Source of the DNA: Psilocybe cubensis
Lineage: Eukaryota
Reading direction: 5' to 3'
NCBI GenBank assembly: GCA_017499595.2
Contig: CM039004.1
Coordinates: 310,001 to 374,000, forward strand
Length of the DNA: 64,000 nt
The notes beneath the pieces are model-generated. The model ran no database searches, was not told the DNA's origin, and was given only the letters and a program-made list of their open reading frames with translations. A program made the translations under genes and the position numbers. Of this stretch, positions 37,763 through 50,880 are shown one piece after another. Within the stretch, counting starts at the first letter, position 1. Every line of letters starts with the position of its first letter.

Positions 37763-38845
37763 ATGCCGCTCAACAACGCCTTTACTCAGTCTACTGCTGA
37801 TGCCACCGTCTATTATGACTTTGGCGACGCTTCAGATGCTACGATCATCCGAGCTTCAGACACCACTATGGGTATGGAGGAAAACGAAGTGGAGGATATC
37901 CTGAACGACCTTGCAACGCCTTCTATCAGCAACGGGAACCCAACTACTATCAACACTATTGGTAATCCTCCATCGCCAACAGACAGTCGCCCCGAAACAC
38001 ATATGTTTCAACAATCCTTACCATCGAGTCCCCTTCGCGCGAGATTCAGTAACCTTGTTCTCCAGGCCGGTACCCCTCCACCCGTATTGCATCTGTTCCC
38101 TGAACTAAAGAGGGATGACCTTATACGTATCATGTCACACCAGCTGGAGGCTAGAGACCTCCACAGACTGCAACCAACCATTCACTCCGATGGTAGCCCC
38201 GACGTCGGCGAGAATATCGAAAACGCGACTTTCGATTCGCTTTACTTGTTACTCTTAAGATACTTTGAGATCGTCTCAATGTACTTTGCCCAAGACTACC
38301 TGATCACCCTAGCCTTCTTTGAATTCCTTGCCCATTTCCAGAGCATCTCGTCCAAGTATGAATGGCCAGCTGTGCGTCAATACACCCTTTCCTTCTTTGA
38401 TTGCCGTCGAGTGGAGATGTACGACTCTAATGACTATTCCGGATGGTTACGCCCTGACGAGGCGCTCTCCGAGAAGTACCTTGTAGGTCATGAAAAGGGC
38501 GGTGCACTGTCGTTGGTATCGTCGACAACTATTTCCATCCCCGATACTGCTCCCCCTCAAGTAGTTCCCCAACCGACGAATGTTAATAACTCAGACGAAG
38601 CATCGCGCAAAGCTACGTTGTTTATTGGGTTTTTATGGTGCGTGAATCACTCATTTTCATATATTTTCTTCTGTCGTTAACATGCGTCTTCGTTCTGTAG
38701 TAGCTTCGTCGGGTTAATATTGGCGGCAATCGTTATGATCCCATTCTCACTGGCTCGACTCCTATTTACTTCCAACAAAGGGGCTGAAAAACGCCTCGAG
38801 GAGACTGTGAAAGAAGAAGAAGAGAGCTTTGACTTTTATGATTGA
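37763..38845 (+). CDS. Protein with DIRS/Ngaro Gag (ORF1)-like helical domain and C-terminal transmembrane anchor
   Basis: Long first exon containing FPEL..IMSHQLEARDLHRL...YFEI...KYEWPAVRQYTLSFF..RRVEM...DYSGW..D..L..KYL. After intron 38638-38700 the frame continues TLFIGFLC|SFVGLILAAIVMIPFSLARLLF...FDFYD*. Confidence 0.7.
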
Positions 38846-39432
38846 ACATTCAGTCTTGAACTATTCATTGTTTGGGACTCGGGTAGTCCTCGACAATCCA
38901 TGCTCTGTTGTTGATTGTATAGTTTCTGTGTGACTTTTAGTTTCCATTAGCCATGTGTAGGATATTTCTCAATTTAATCGGTGTATAAGTCCCCGCGTCG
39001 GTCTCTGGGAACGATTTGAAGCCAGTATTGAGGTTGACTCCAGACAAGGCTCTAGGGTAACTTCCCGGGCTGTTCAAAACATGGCCTGAATCACCATCCA
39101 GGACTCACCGATGAAGCAACGATGAAGGCAGGGGTTTGATGGCAGACAGTACATACTGTTCCCACGATGATAATCACGAGAAAGCCCTCCAGGTGATTGC
39201 CAGCGCGGACTATTTTGCTTACGCTCAACCATCACGACGACGCCCCGGAATGCTTCGAATCGTCTCGATACACTATTACGGACATACTTCGCAACAATAA
39301 TAGACTAGGCGAGCGGTAGACGATGGTCATGTGGCCGCCCCTCACAGTTTTACCGCCGTTCAATGTCAATTCGCCAGCAATATTCAGACATATAAGGCGC
39401 GCAGGATGAGGAGCACTTTGAAGAGGCCCGAT

Positions 39433-41899
39433 ATGTTACCTCTAGCCGTTCTTCTCCTATCGTTCTCACGTCAAGCCTTTGCTATACCATCTGCGACGAG
39501 TTTGCAAGCTGATCTTACGTTTTTATTCCAAAATGACCTCAACTGTGCGTCTTTTCCTTTCTAACGGTCTGCTCTACTAAAGCTGACTTCTAATATCAGG
39601 GACAACCGCTGCTGATCACAAAGGGACAATTCTCATCAACAAGTTCGGGACCAAGGAAGAAGCTACCGCCGCATGCGCGGAACTTAACGAATCGATACTT
39701 CCGACAGATGGCCCATACTTTGATTCAGACATGAAGTCGCTGCTGACATATCTCAACGTCAATTCGCGATACTACAAACAAAAATTCTGGGTTGATTCTA
39801 CACCAGATGCACCATGCTCCGTGGTTTCACTGCCTGGATCCCTGCAATCCGTTCCATGCAACAGTCGATTCCCAACGTTCTGCTCTCAAAGCTCCCCTTA
39901 TCGTAGAAACACGGACGTTGATCCGGATCCCAAGTTTCGGGTGCAGGTCAAGTCGAAAAAGTTAACGATCGTTGGGTATGTTCGCTCCATTCTTCAGCCT
40001 TGATAGTTTCGTGACCAACATTCTTGTAGAACGCGAGATCATCTATCATTTCGGTTCCTCGGAATTCCCTACGCCGACCCGTTCGAACGCTTCAGTTATT
40101 CTAAATTGTATAGTGGAGCTGGCACGATCAACGCCCTGAATTATGGCTCGCCATGTACCCAGTCCAGTGGAGGAAGTGAAGATTGTCTGTTCCTCAATAT
40201 ATATACCCCATATCTCCCTCGAGATCCAGCTCGATCAAAGAGTCTCAAACCTGTCATGTTTTGGATCCATGGCGGTGGCTTCACAGATGGCCAGGCAAGC
40301 GATAGCATCTACGATGGAGGAAATATGGCCAGCCGAAGTGATGTGGTAGTTGTCAGTATCAATTATCGGTGAGTTATCTGCCCCTAGCGACCATTTCCCT
40401 CGCTCATTAGACATCAGATTAGGCGCTCTGGGGTTTCTGGCACTAGAAGATGGGGTAACTAATGGCAATTTTGGTATCGCTGATCAGGTTCGTCTTTCTC
40501 ATTCGTTAATATGTGTCTACCAACCATCAAGAATAGATCACTGCTCTCCAATGGGTGCGTGAGCACATCGCAGAGTTTGGTGGCGACCCGTCCTTGGTCA
40601 CCATCTATGGCCAATCTGCCGGTGCTGGCTCAGTTCGTGCCCTTCTTGCATCACCTCCTGCGTTTGGCTTGTTCCAAGGCGCCATAGCTCAGAGCAATCT
40701 GGGAGGCTTCGGCTATGCGTCTACCTACTCGAAGTATCTTACTATTCAGCAGCAATATGCCTCTTTCGGAGCCCCCCTTGTGTCTTCTGTTGGTTGCGCT
40801 GGCAGTGCCAACATTCTACAATGCCTACGGGCGCTACCTGCATCCAGTATCACTTCCACTCCTAATGGTCCCAGGTACCACCATTTTGAATCTGACCAAT
40901 TTTGAAACTGGTTAAATGTATCGCATAGGTATATTGTAGTCGATGGGAAGTTCATTACTACGGACCAACTTGAGGTAAATGGATCCGGCCAGGCAGCAAG
41001 AGCCCATGTAATGTTTGGATGGACAAGAGACGATGGCTCCGACTTCATCGGTCCATATCCCACCCCTGGATCGACACTCGCAGGCGCTTTACTTGCAGCT
41101 GGGTATGACACATACTCACTAAGCACTCTATATCGTCTAATCATTTCGACAGGCTTAGCAGCGACGTGGTGGATAAAGTTGTTGGTTCTGACCTTTTCCC
41201 CACCCCCCTTGGTCCTAACTCGCTGGAAAACCTGTTCAATCTAACGAGCCGGATTGGCACAGACGGTCAATTCCGGTCAGTCTCAGAAACCAGTGAAAAG
41301 AAATCACACGAACTCAAACATGCTGTAGATGCATAGACCAAGCCACCGTTATCTCAGCTGCGAAACACGACGTCTTTGCTTCGGTGTGGGCATATCAGTT
41401 TGACCGTAGCTATGGAGGCTATGAGCCTGTTCCTGGAACGTGTGATCCTCCCTCAACACCTGCATTCCCCAACGGTGACCCTAATCTGCCATATTATCGG
41501 TGCGTCAGGCGCGAGCCGAAAAGGACATTCATCATGTACTGATATCATATATCTCTCTCCCGAAGATGCCACTCCGGAGAATTATACTACATGTTTGGAA
41601 ATCTAGGGCAGGATTCACTGCCTTTCCGCGACGAACACGATCTGCTCTTGTCTCAGTACGCTGTGGACATGTGGGGCTCGTTCGCACGCACACAAAATCC
41701 CAATCCCTCGCCTTACTTCCTTACTGCTCGTGGATACACCAACACAGCCAACATGCTACGCGAAACAGGGCGTTGGAACAAGGTCACACCGCGTGAGAAG
41801 GCGCCTCTAAGAATTATCGATAACCAGCAACGGAATTCGCAGTGGCTGGAAGAAGAACAATGTGATTTGCTAGGGTATCCTTTTACCTACTTTGGATGA
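39433..41899 (+). CDS. Secreted type-B carboxylesterase (alpha/beta hydrolase)
   Basis: Signal peptide [17 protein letters not shown]. Motifs [55 protein letters not shown] (nucleophile elbow), [11 protein letters not shown] (catalytic His). Confidence 0.95.
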
Positions 41900-43082
41900 G
41901 GCGTGTTCGGCGCTTTCAATACTCTAGTCATACTGAAATGAAAATTTTTTAAGCAACTCAACTGGTTTCCGGATTGTTGTTTGCACAATCTGCATTACTT
42001 ATAATAGTATCATTATGAAGATGGACAGTTTCATCATGCATTGACTCATCTGGAAGGATGTGCTATATCACTTACCCTACGGCTACCGTCCGTTTATTCA
42101 GCAGGAATCTGCATGGCGCTGCGCGATCAATATTCTTTGGCTAGAAGCACCATTGTATCATTTGATTTCTTAATCAAGGCATTGAGACTACAACTTATCT
42201 ATTCTTACTTCAACCATTATTCTTAGCTCTTTGGAACAGTCAATGACAAGGTGTCCAGGTTTCATTAATCCATGATAGGGATGACTTCATCCATGGATTT
42301 ATTGTAAAATTTTCCACGGTGAAACGCAATTTCTCTTTGTTCTTCAAGAACACAGAGAAAAACGTCAGTCAAACTTTGACTGACGTTTGGCGCTGATACC
42401 ACGACGCTCCAGAAATTTTCCTGCGTCGAAAACTTCCTTTGCCATATTTGATATTGTTGGCGCATATCACAGAGCATAGAATGTGATGTCCCTTTCTGAC
42501 AAGTTAGCTAGGTTCGAACAGGATCTAAACTCGTATTCCTGTTGTGTAACATGTCGCCTCACTTGAATCTGTTATTCAAATAGGCGAAAAATGGTCAAAA
42601 TTGCTTTATCGATAATATATGAGTGGTCTGGTAGCTGTGAAATCATCATAAATAAACGCCTGTGATTTTCTGGGGAAGTTGAGTGCTACCGTTACTCTCT
42701 TTACTAGTCTCTTGGATGTTCATGACAGTTGGTGTCAACTTCAGGTTACCTTAGGAAGTTTTAGTCAAATAAATATATCGCATTATCGCGATAGTACCTC
42801 GATCATTAATTTCTTCACTCTCATGTGTCAGAGTCACTTTGTTGAAATAATAGGTTCAAACGCGGCTGAAGCGGCAGTGTGGAGTAACGTCTTAACACTG
42901 TGTGGATAGCCCTGCGAATCCTCTCACCTCACATAGGATATCAAGGTATGCGAACATAATCAATATTTTTGAATGCCTATATAATTCGGGTACCAGGAAC
43001 CTGCATTCCTCACTGCGCCCTCCTACATCTCTCTATCAACCCATCTTGTTCACGATATTCACAATCAATTCACTAACTCACA

Positions 43083-43820
43083 ATGTACACTAACAACCCA
43101 TATGCACAGGCAGGATGGTCTAATCCTCAAAATCCTCACTCAATCAACGAGCGACCATCACTGAACGCTATCCTCGCAGCGTGTCCACCGACATATGGTG
43201 CACTTCCTCCATATCAAGTGGACGTCAAGGAGAATATAAACCTTACATTTCAGTTTCTATGCGCTGATGATGCGCTGAACTGTATCATCATTGGACCGAA
43301 CAGCAAAAAGTTGTTTGAAGTCCGAACTACCCAAAATGTCACGAGAGTCATTGATGAGAGTAACGATGTCTTTGGAAACATACGGTGGTCCAGTCATCCA
43401 ACTTTGGAGGTCAGAGGCATTCTTTCCGAACGACAAACGAGAGATTTTCTTCGTCTCTCCTCCGATAAACGGTAATCTCCTATTAGATTTCTGAAGCTCT
43501 CAAATACTGAATGCATCTAATTCCTACAGGTTTCGGACAATGATAATTCAAGGTAAAAGCTACGTATGGATTCCGGTAAAAAATGGTACCATTGTAAGTA
43601 AATAAAGACACAGCCGATGCGAACTTCTAATTTCAATTCTACCCAGCTACACCGCGAGGACCTGCGATCCCCAGAACCTATGGCTCGCATAGCCTATCAC
43701 ACAACTAAACAGGGTCAACAGATCATTTTAGAGCTGGTCACGGAGGCCGTTCAACAGGGCCTCCTTCAACCATGCATAATGGCAACCATCTTGCTCTCGA
43801 CATCTCGGTTTCTTGATTAG
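43083..43820 (+). CDS. Hypothetical protein (3 exons; possibly DUF6593-like agaricomycete family)
   Basis: TATATAA at ~42978. MYTNNPYAQAGW..LNCIIIGPN..IRWSSHPTLEVRG..FLRLSSDKR|FRTMIIQGKSYVWIP|..CIMATILL. Family call is from memory only. Confidence 0.75.
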
Positions 43821-44081
43821 CTTAAGCATCCGTGTGTCGGAGCTGGCTACTTTTTGAATCGAGTTTGTTATTTAAATTATGGCGCATAAATTATTTTTGT
43901 TATGTTTATTCGATATCTGTATGCAGGACAGACAGTTTAAGAATATATTGTATCTCTGAACCATTAACCTTTTTATAACCTGAGTTGATTCTCTTGTTGT
44001 GGCCAAGTTGTGGCCATATGGTAATGAATGATGGGCGCTAATAATACAGTCCGGATAATTTCTTTAGGCGCTTAATCGTAA

Positions 44082-44155
44082 GGCCGACTAGCTCAGCTGG
44101 TTAGAGCGTCGTGCTAATAACGCGAAGGTCTTGGGTTCGATCCCCACGTTGGCCA
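44082..44155 (+). tRNA. tRNA-Ile (AAT)
   Basis: Full cloverleaf: GGCCGAC/GTTGGCC acceptor stem, TCGTG-CTAATAA-CGCGA anticodon arm, GGTTCGATCC T-loop, T-run downstream. Confidence 0.97.
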
Positions 44156-44740
44156 ATAATAGTTCTTTCTTTTGGGAATTTTTATTTTCGAATTATAAAA
44201 TACTGTTCTTATCAAAATATATAGAGCGCAGTAACACGGCCGCCACTGAAAAAATGAGTTTAAATCAGGCGTGACTGAGAGCACAGCAGGGATTTGTGGA
44301 TGTTGTCGTTATCATATGTAAACTTCGGAGATAGTGTTAAAATCCTTTTCACCCAAGTAACATTAAAGGATTCGAACGTATGCAGAATTCACAATCCCGA
44401 AATTTGTCAGAAACAATTCAATTAAAATTGTTTCGCTGTATAACAGTGTAAACGGTCCTGCATCTACATTATGAACCGCACCCAAGCGGTGCGTAAGCCA
44501 ATACTTTTGGTTACCTCCTGATCGGATGTATTATGCCATACTCGGTTAGGTTGCAGTTTGGGTCGTAATTTTTTGACCACGTTTTGCCCTGAATTAGTCA
44601 ACAACCAACATCACATGAGCAATTCTTTTTAAAGTCCACCGTCCGTTCTTGTTCGACCAGAGTACTTCTTGACCGTTATATTACCTGACTATCTTTAGCC
44701 AACTGGAAACCAACTGTTGGGCATATTATTCTTTCTCTAA

Positions 44741-47700
44741 ATGTCGAATAGTGCAACCTCCATTCCGAATGTCGCAGGAAAGCCACTCGTAAAACGATCA
44801 CAGGGTGCATGCGCTGAATGTAGAAGGAAAAGGAGTGAGTGCCAAGTTCTTGGTAGCCCAATTTCGACTGAGCAATGCGTTTATCTCTAAAGGCAGATGT
44901 AAATGTCCATTATATATGTACTTCTCTCTCCTAATCATTGTAAACAGGCGACAGAGCCTTGCGAAATGGCCAGAAATGCACAAATTGTGAAAATGCCGAT
45001 ATCGACTGTGTTATTGCTGGATCGCAGGTACCGTACACGTTCCCTGTTCATGTTGCTCACGGCCAACAGTATGATTGACGTAGAAATCTCAATTGCAACA
45101 ACAACAAGAGTACGTGCTGATAACCCATTGATCACGACGTTGATTGAACGCCTATCAGATATATTCGTATTTTGGAGAAGAGGGTAAAGAGATTAGAAAA
45201 CTACATCCAAGCAGTAAGGTGGAATATTGATGTCGCTGATCTCTGTGTAACGACTTAGTGTTCGGTGTAGCTTTTCCCTAATGATGACGTCGACGTAGTC
45301 ATCAGTAAACCTCCTACGTACTGCGACAGTCTTGTAAACGCGTATGGATGCTAATCGACTTTACAGATCTCTTCCATCGCTTAGCACCTCGAAGGATAAT
45401 GTTACCGATGGCTTGATTGTTTCCAACTCGAAACAGGGAGATAATTCGGATATCTCTGACGAAGATGACATGGGTTATGTTGAAATAGCAAATCAGCTTC
45501 GTCAATTTTCTTTGACTCCCATCATATCACCTCGATTTATCGGTCAAGGAAGGCAAGTTGTCGATGTTCAATTTAGTTGAAAATTTTATCGAATGTGATT
45601 TCAGCCCAATCATGGCTGCCAAACAGGCTGCTACCATGAGGAGTTTGGTCACTGGTCAGCCTGACACTGGATTAGATCCGAAGCACTATATGAGATCCCA
45701 ATTTTGGTCCATGAATCCAGTACGTCTTTTTGCTATGTTTTCCTCAGGGTACTCCCAGTCACGATTTATGGCTACGTACTAGTGGGAGCACGCCTACATT
45801 ACATCTTCTGAATCGACATACGTTTATCCTGAGCCTGATCTCCTCCTGGAGTTGGTGACGGTGTATTTTGAGAAGACAAATGCCCTTATTCCGATTGTTC
45901 ACGAGCCTTCTTTTATGAAAGGTCTCCTGTCGGGAAAGCATCACGTTGATCCATCGTTTGGACAAATTGTGCTTTTAGTCTGTGCTAATGGAGCTAGATA
46001 TTCTACAGACCCCCGTGCATGCTATGCACCAGAATCTCAGCATTCGAGTATGTCTAACGGTTGGCAATTTTTCCGTCAAGTACCGTTACATCGACGGCAA
46101 ATGTTCTACACAACTACCGTCTATGATTTACAATACTACGCTGTCAGTAACCCCTTGATTAGAGTTGACCTGAAACTTATGATGATCCAGCTTGCTGCAA
46201 TCTTCGTGAATGGTTCAGCGCTGTGCTCTGTTTCTTCCAATATTGTGGGCATTGGACTACGCTACGCCATAGAAATAGGAGCTCATCGCAGAAATGGCCA
46301 AACTCAACCTTCATTTGAGAACGAACATTCGAAACGGGCATTCTGGTGAACACAGAGATCTTTATCATTCCTTGATCCCTAATTTTTCGTTACTCTCAGG
46401 GTACTTTTCTGTTTAGATGCTCTTCTAAATTCGTTCTACGGCAGACCTGCTGGAATCTCGCATGACAGGTATATTCACCCTGATCTTCAACTATAGACCA
46501 GTCTCCATTTGTCTTACTAATGATTAGTTTTGATTTGGAGTATCCAGTTGAATGCGACGACGAATACTGGGACCACGAAGACCCACAGAAACGTTTTAGA
46601 CAACCGCCTGGAAAGCCCTGTTCCATGTCGAACTTTATCCACTTGATCAAGCTGTGCGAAATCCTCAGTTTCTCGTCCAGAACCCTATATTCCACGAAGA
46701 AATCTAAACTCGTTTCAGGGTACTTTGGAGAGGACTGGGAGATGCGAATGGTTGCCGAACTGGATTCTTCACTCAATAAATGGAGAGCAGCGCTACCTTC
46801 TCACCGTATGTGCAACATTATCTTATCTGTCTATCTGGTCCTTATTAGGAAGTATCGCCCTATAGTCCAATGGGATCCTCTGCGAGAAGACGAGAAGTTC
46901 TTCCAACAGTCAGCTAATCTAAATTCCATATTTTTCTACGTACAGATTCAAGCCCATCGCCCATTCTTGATTAAAAAATCGAAGCTATCACTCACATCGG
47001 TCATCATGTGCACGAACGCTGCTAGATCATGTTCTGGGATACAGGAAGCTGCGATGGCGAGGGATTGTCGCGTACTTCCTCATACAACGGTAAGTTTATC
47101 TCTGGCTCGACACAAGATCATTTCTGATGTTTATTTAGTATATAGCATTTACCGCGGGGATAGTATCTGTTCTTTGCCTATGGAGCAGTCGTTGCCCAGG
47201 TTACGTTGGTGATCCACAGAAAGAATCAGAAAATCTTCTTAGATGTGTCAGTGTCCTCAAGAAATGCGAAAAACTGTATGACCTCTTCTTATCTCTCTTC
47301 CAGCATCAAGTTGCTGATGCATTTCAATTTCACGTAGGTGGCATAGTGCTGGCTCGTTTCGGTGATAACAATTGTTCCAAAATATGGTGTTTTGTAATTG
47401 AACTCAGTCTTCTAGTGATGTCCTGTGTGAAGCTGGCGCGCTTGATAGATCTGAAATTGATGGTCCTTCACCCGAAAATTCCAGCGGCACCATTCAGCTA
47501 CCTGACCCGTTCAAAACCATATTCTCTCCGCCGTTACAAGATGATGCAACTTGGTCGAACAATTGGGACTACACTGGACTGTTCCTCGCAGAAATGGGAC
47601 ATCGTGAGCTACAGAGCTCCGAGATAAACCATCCTCAATTGGCACCGTCAGGACTAGGTCTGCCCAATAATTCTGATCCATCAGTGAGCAACACTCCTAT

Positions 47701-47835
47701 AGAATGGAGCAGTAATACTGCGGGATATCCCGGCTATCCTCGGTGAGGGCGCGCTTGCTCTATTGTGATTGTTTTCCGTTATTTATCTTATGATTTAGCT
47801 ATGAAGGCTGGGAGCAATACGCTCGTCACGTTTAA
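44741..47835 (+). CDS. Zn(II)2Cys6 fungal transcription factor with Fungal_trans (MHR) domain
   Basis: GACAECRRKR|SR|CDRALRNGQKCTNCENADIDC assembled across a 6-nt micro-exon; LEKRVKRLE coiled coil; LVTVYF..PIVHEPSF, GLRYAIEIGAHRR, EHSKRAFW, YGRP, DLEYPVECDDEYW. Confidence 0.95.
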
Positions 47836-48077
47836 CGTGGGTAACGATAGGTCGTCCCGCATGCGCGTCCCCGTGGTGTTTCCGTCATCCGTCTACGCAT
47901 TTCCATTATATAAATACAACTAGTATTCACGATATCACAGAGTATATATGTTGTCGTCCTCTGTCGGTACAACAATGTACATACTGTGTATAGACGCGGA
48001 TAGTAACCAGAGATCGTTCAATGTCCTTTAGCCGGGTATCCACTCATCCTCATTCTCAGTCAAATTTTCTGCAGCGC

Positions 48078-48610
48078 CTAAGAGGATGCGGCTGGCTCCG
48101 TGCATCCGAATGAAACACCCGTCTGAGAAGATACATCAATGCCTGCAATCCACATTGATTCGACATGCAACTTACGAAGTCGTTGTTGGTGCAGCAGGCC
48201 TGAATGCCATCGCTATCGGCACTGGAGACTGGTGAGTCGCAAGTAATAAGGAGGGGTTATGAATTAATGTATGTATTACCATGTGTCGTCGAGAGGGGAG
48301 CAGAGGACTATGTTGAAGGTGGATCGTCAGACATGGTAACTATTCCAAAAGTAAGAATCACTTACGTCCAATGTCACCGTCGTCGGAGGGGATGTCAACG
48401 CCAGCAAACTGCGGCAGCGCGCTCAGCTGAGCAATGCTGTCAGGTGTTCGCTGTGAAAAGAACGTGGTTAGTATGTGCACTAACCTAAATCACAGCCTGA
48501 GTAAATACCTCTTGAGTCGAGAAGCAGCAGAGAGCAGTTCCGGAATCGCATGAAATCTGGGCTGCAACGAGGGCGGGAAGAGCAAAAGCGAAAAGAGCGA
48601 AAGCGCGCAT
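48078..48610 (-). CDS. Class I-like hydrophobin (5 exons, 101 aa)
   Basis: Spliced: MRAFALFAFALPALVAAQISCDSGTALCCFSTQE|RTPDSIAQLSALPQFAGVDIPSDDGDIG|LLCSPLDDT|CADSDGIQACCTNNDF|TGVSFGCTEPAASS*. Signal peptide plus C-CC-C-C-CC-C; TATAAAA at ~48716. Confidence 0.9.
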
Positions 48611-50880
48611 GATGTAGGTAGAGTAGAGGGCTAAAGGAGTAGACCTAGGAGATGTTCAATGCTTCAACGAGGTTGAAACAGCGAATCGTGGCGACATCCT
48701 GTCCTCCTGTTTTTATACAAACCGACACTAATTTTGGTAACAGCGTGAGCGTGAAGGTCGAGCCGCCCGGATCAGACGTCTTGTCGAATCTCGCAGCCGA
48801 ATCAATTAATCATTAACGCCGGACAGCTTGTACCTGATCGCACATACATGTCCGGAATGTAGACGGTGATACATAGAAGCATGGTCGGATGCATTGCCTC
48901 TATGGACAGAACACAAGTGTCGATCTGTCAGCACAAATATACAGGAATCCTGAACGCTTTCGGCATACTGGTGAGATTGCAAGTACATAAAATGGGTGAG
49001 AATTAGGGTGCCCCAGTGAAAACAACTGTTGTTTGTAAAATGAACTTTTGAAGGGGAAGAACAATCGATATTTGGCGTGAGTAAGACGAAATGTTTTGAT
49101 ACACAAGACAGCTGTAAGTATCATTGGCGAGACTGCGTGGGTAGAGCGTGAGAGGACTCGTTCTCAGGCGCAGATTATCTGTCACATCCAAATAACTTCC
49201 CCGTTGTCTTTCATGTGCTATTTCTGACTTCCAGATATTTCTGTATCTACGAGACAAGTTCAAAGAAATTATGGGGCTTCCCATCCTTCTCTCGCCTTGA
49301 AGGCGAAGATGCAGCAAGGAGGGACGTTATGTAGGAATATAGATACTATAACATAAAGCTGGGAGGTAAGGATGATCACTGAATGTATTAAGTGAATCAT
49401 TGGTAGAAGAAGGTACTATTCTGTATTCTTTCTGTCGTATATGTCGAACTGCTGGCAGTCAACAATCCATCATTAAGTATATAATTGGTGGATATTTATT
49501 TTGAGAAATATCGAGGCACAAGCTCTGATAGAATTCCAATCCCATGTGTACCAATGATATTCGCTGTCCTGGAGGCAGCGAGGTCTGCCGAGGCTGGGAG
49601 AATCTAATTTTAGATATGTCCTAAAATAGATCTTTGTAAGAGACGTCGATTACGGGGAGGTCTGTGGAGCCAATCCTTCAGTTGAATCATATTTTTTTGA
49701 AGTATATTACAACATGAAGAATAATTTGAAGTCAAAAATTTCTTGCAGCACTGCCGATATTAATCAGCGCTGACATTTAATGGCATGGACTCTTGTCTTT
49801 CGTTATATCAGGCAATCCTGTGTGATGAATCACTTGATAAATAAAGCCCAATTCTTTAATGAAATTACGCCGTATTACTACTTCCAATCATGTTCTCCAG
49901 AGAAATTACGAACATTTGAAGTTTGAACACAGTAAATTCTGAGGGCTCACTGAGGAGACGAAAGGATGTAGTGAAGAGACAGGTTAAGGTCAAACGACGA
50001 GACAGTTAGACATACATTGATTCAGAAAGTGGAGATATAAGCTTGAAATGGGTTATATATTTTGACACCCGGTTGGGAGTTCTTCAGTGGAGTAAACTGC
50101 TTCTTTCGAAATAGTAGTAATGGAATTTTCCACCAGCAACTCTTTTAAAGATGATGGCACCCTTTCCATGAATCATATAAGGCAAGTTTTCCAAAACCCA
50201 CCCATCAGGAATGTTTCCTTTTTGATTCTTTGTAGTGAAAGCAAAGCAGCGAAGAGGTATAGCACCGTGTTTTTGCCGTGTATTTTACCTTTTTTTTTTA
50301 CTAGTCACGTGATTGTGGCAAACGTCTGATTGCGGCAACACCACCGCAGTGTCGCTTTACAATGTTCATCCATGTTTTGCCCAGTGCCTAAACCGCTGTA
50401 CTCGACTCCCTACTATTTTAAATACCATGATATTAAAGAAGGAACGTGGGCGACCACACATGGCTGTGTTGGCTAGATGTACGGAAACTGGAGCCAACTT
50501 GCATCATAGGGTCTGTGGAGCGCACAATGAGCCAACTTTAGGCACCGGTGTCCTTTAGAATCGCTTTGACACTTGGTACAGCACACCATCTCACTGTTGC
50601 GAACAACGTCCATTCTATACAATACTTGCGCAGCCAATTTGAGTTTCCGAAGCTAAAGAAATCAACTACCTCGCGGGAAACGTCGTTGTATGACGTTGCT
50701 AATCCACTTCATCGCTCCTCTGATTGCTTTCATCGTCGCTTGCTACCTCTAGGAGAAAAGTTAACATTCACCTCGTGTCTCTGGTTTAATTAACTATCTC
50801 AGTGCTATAAGTTGCACCCACCTTCTTAGGTTCGTCTCCTTTGCTCTACAAAGTATCTGTGCGTTTGCTCATTTCTCCCA

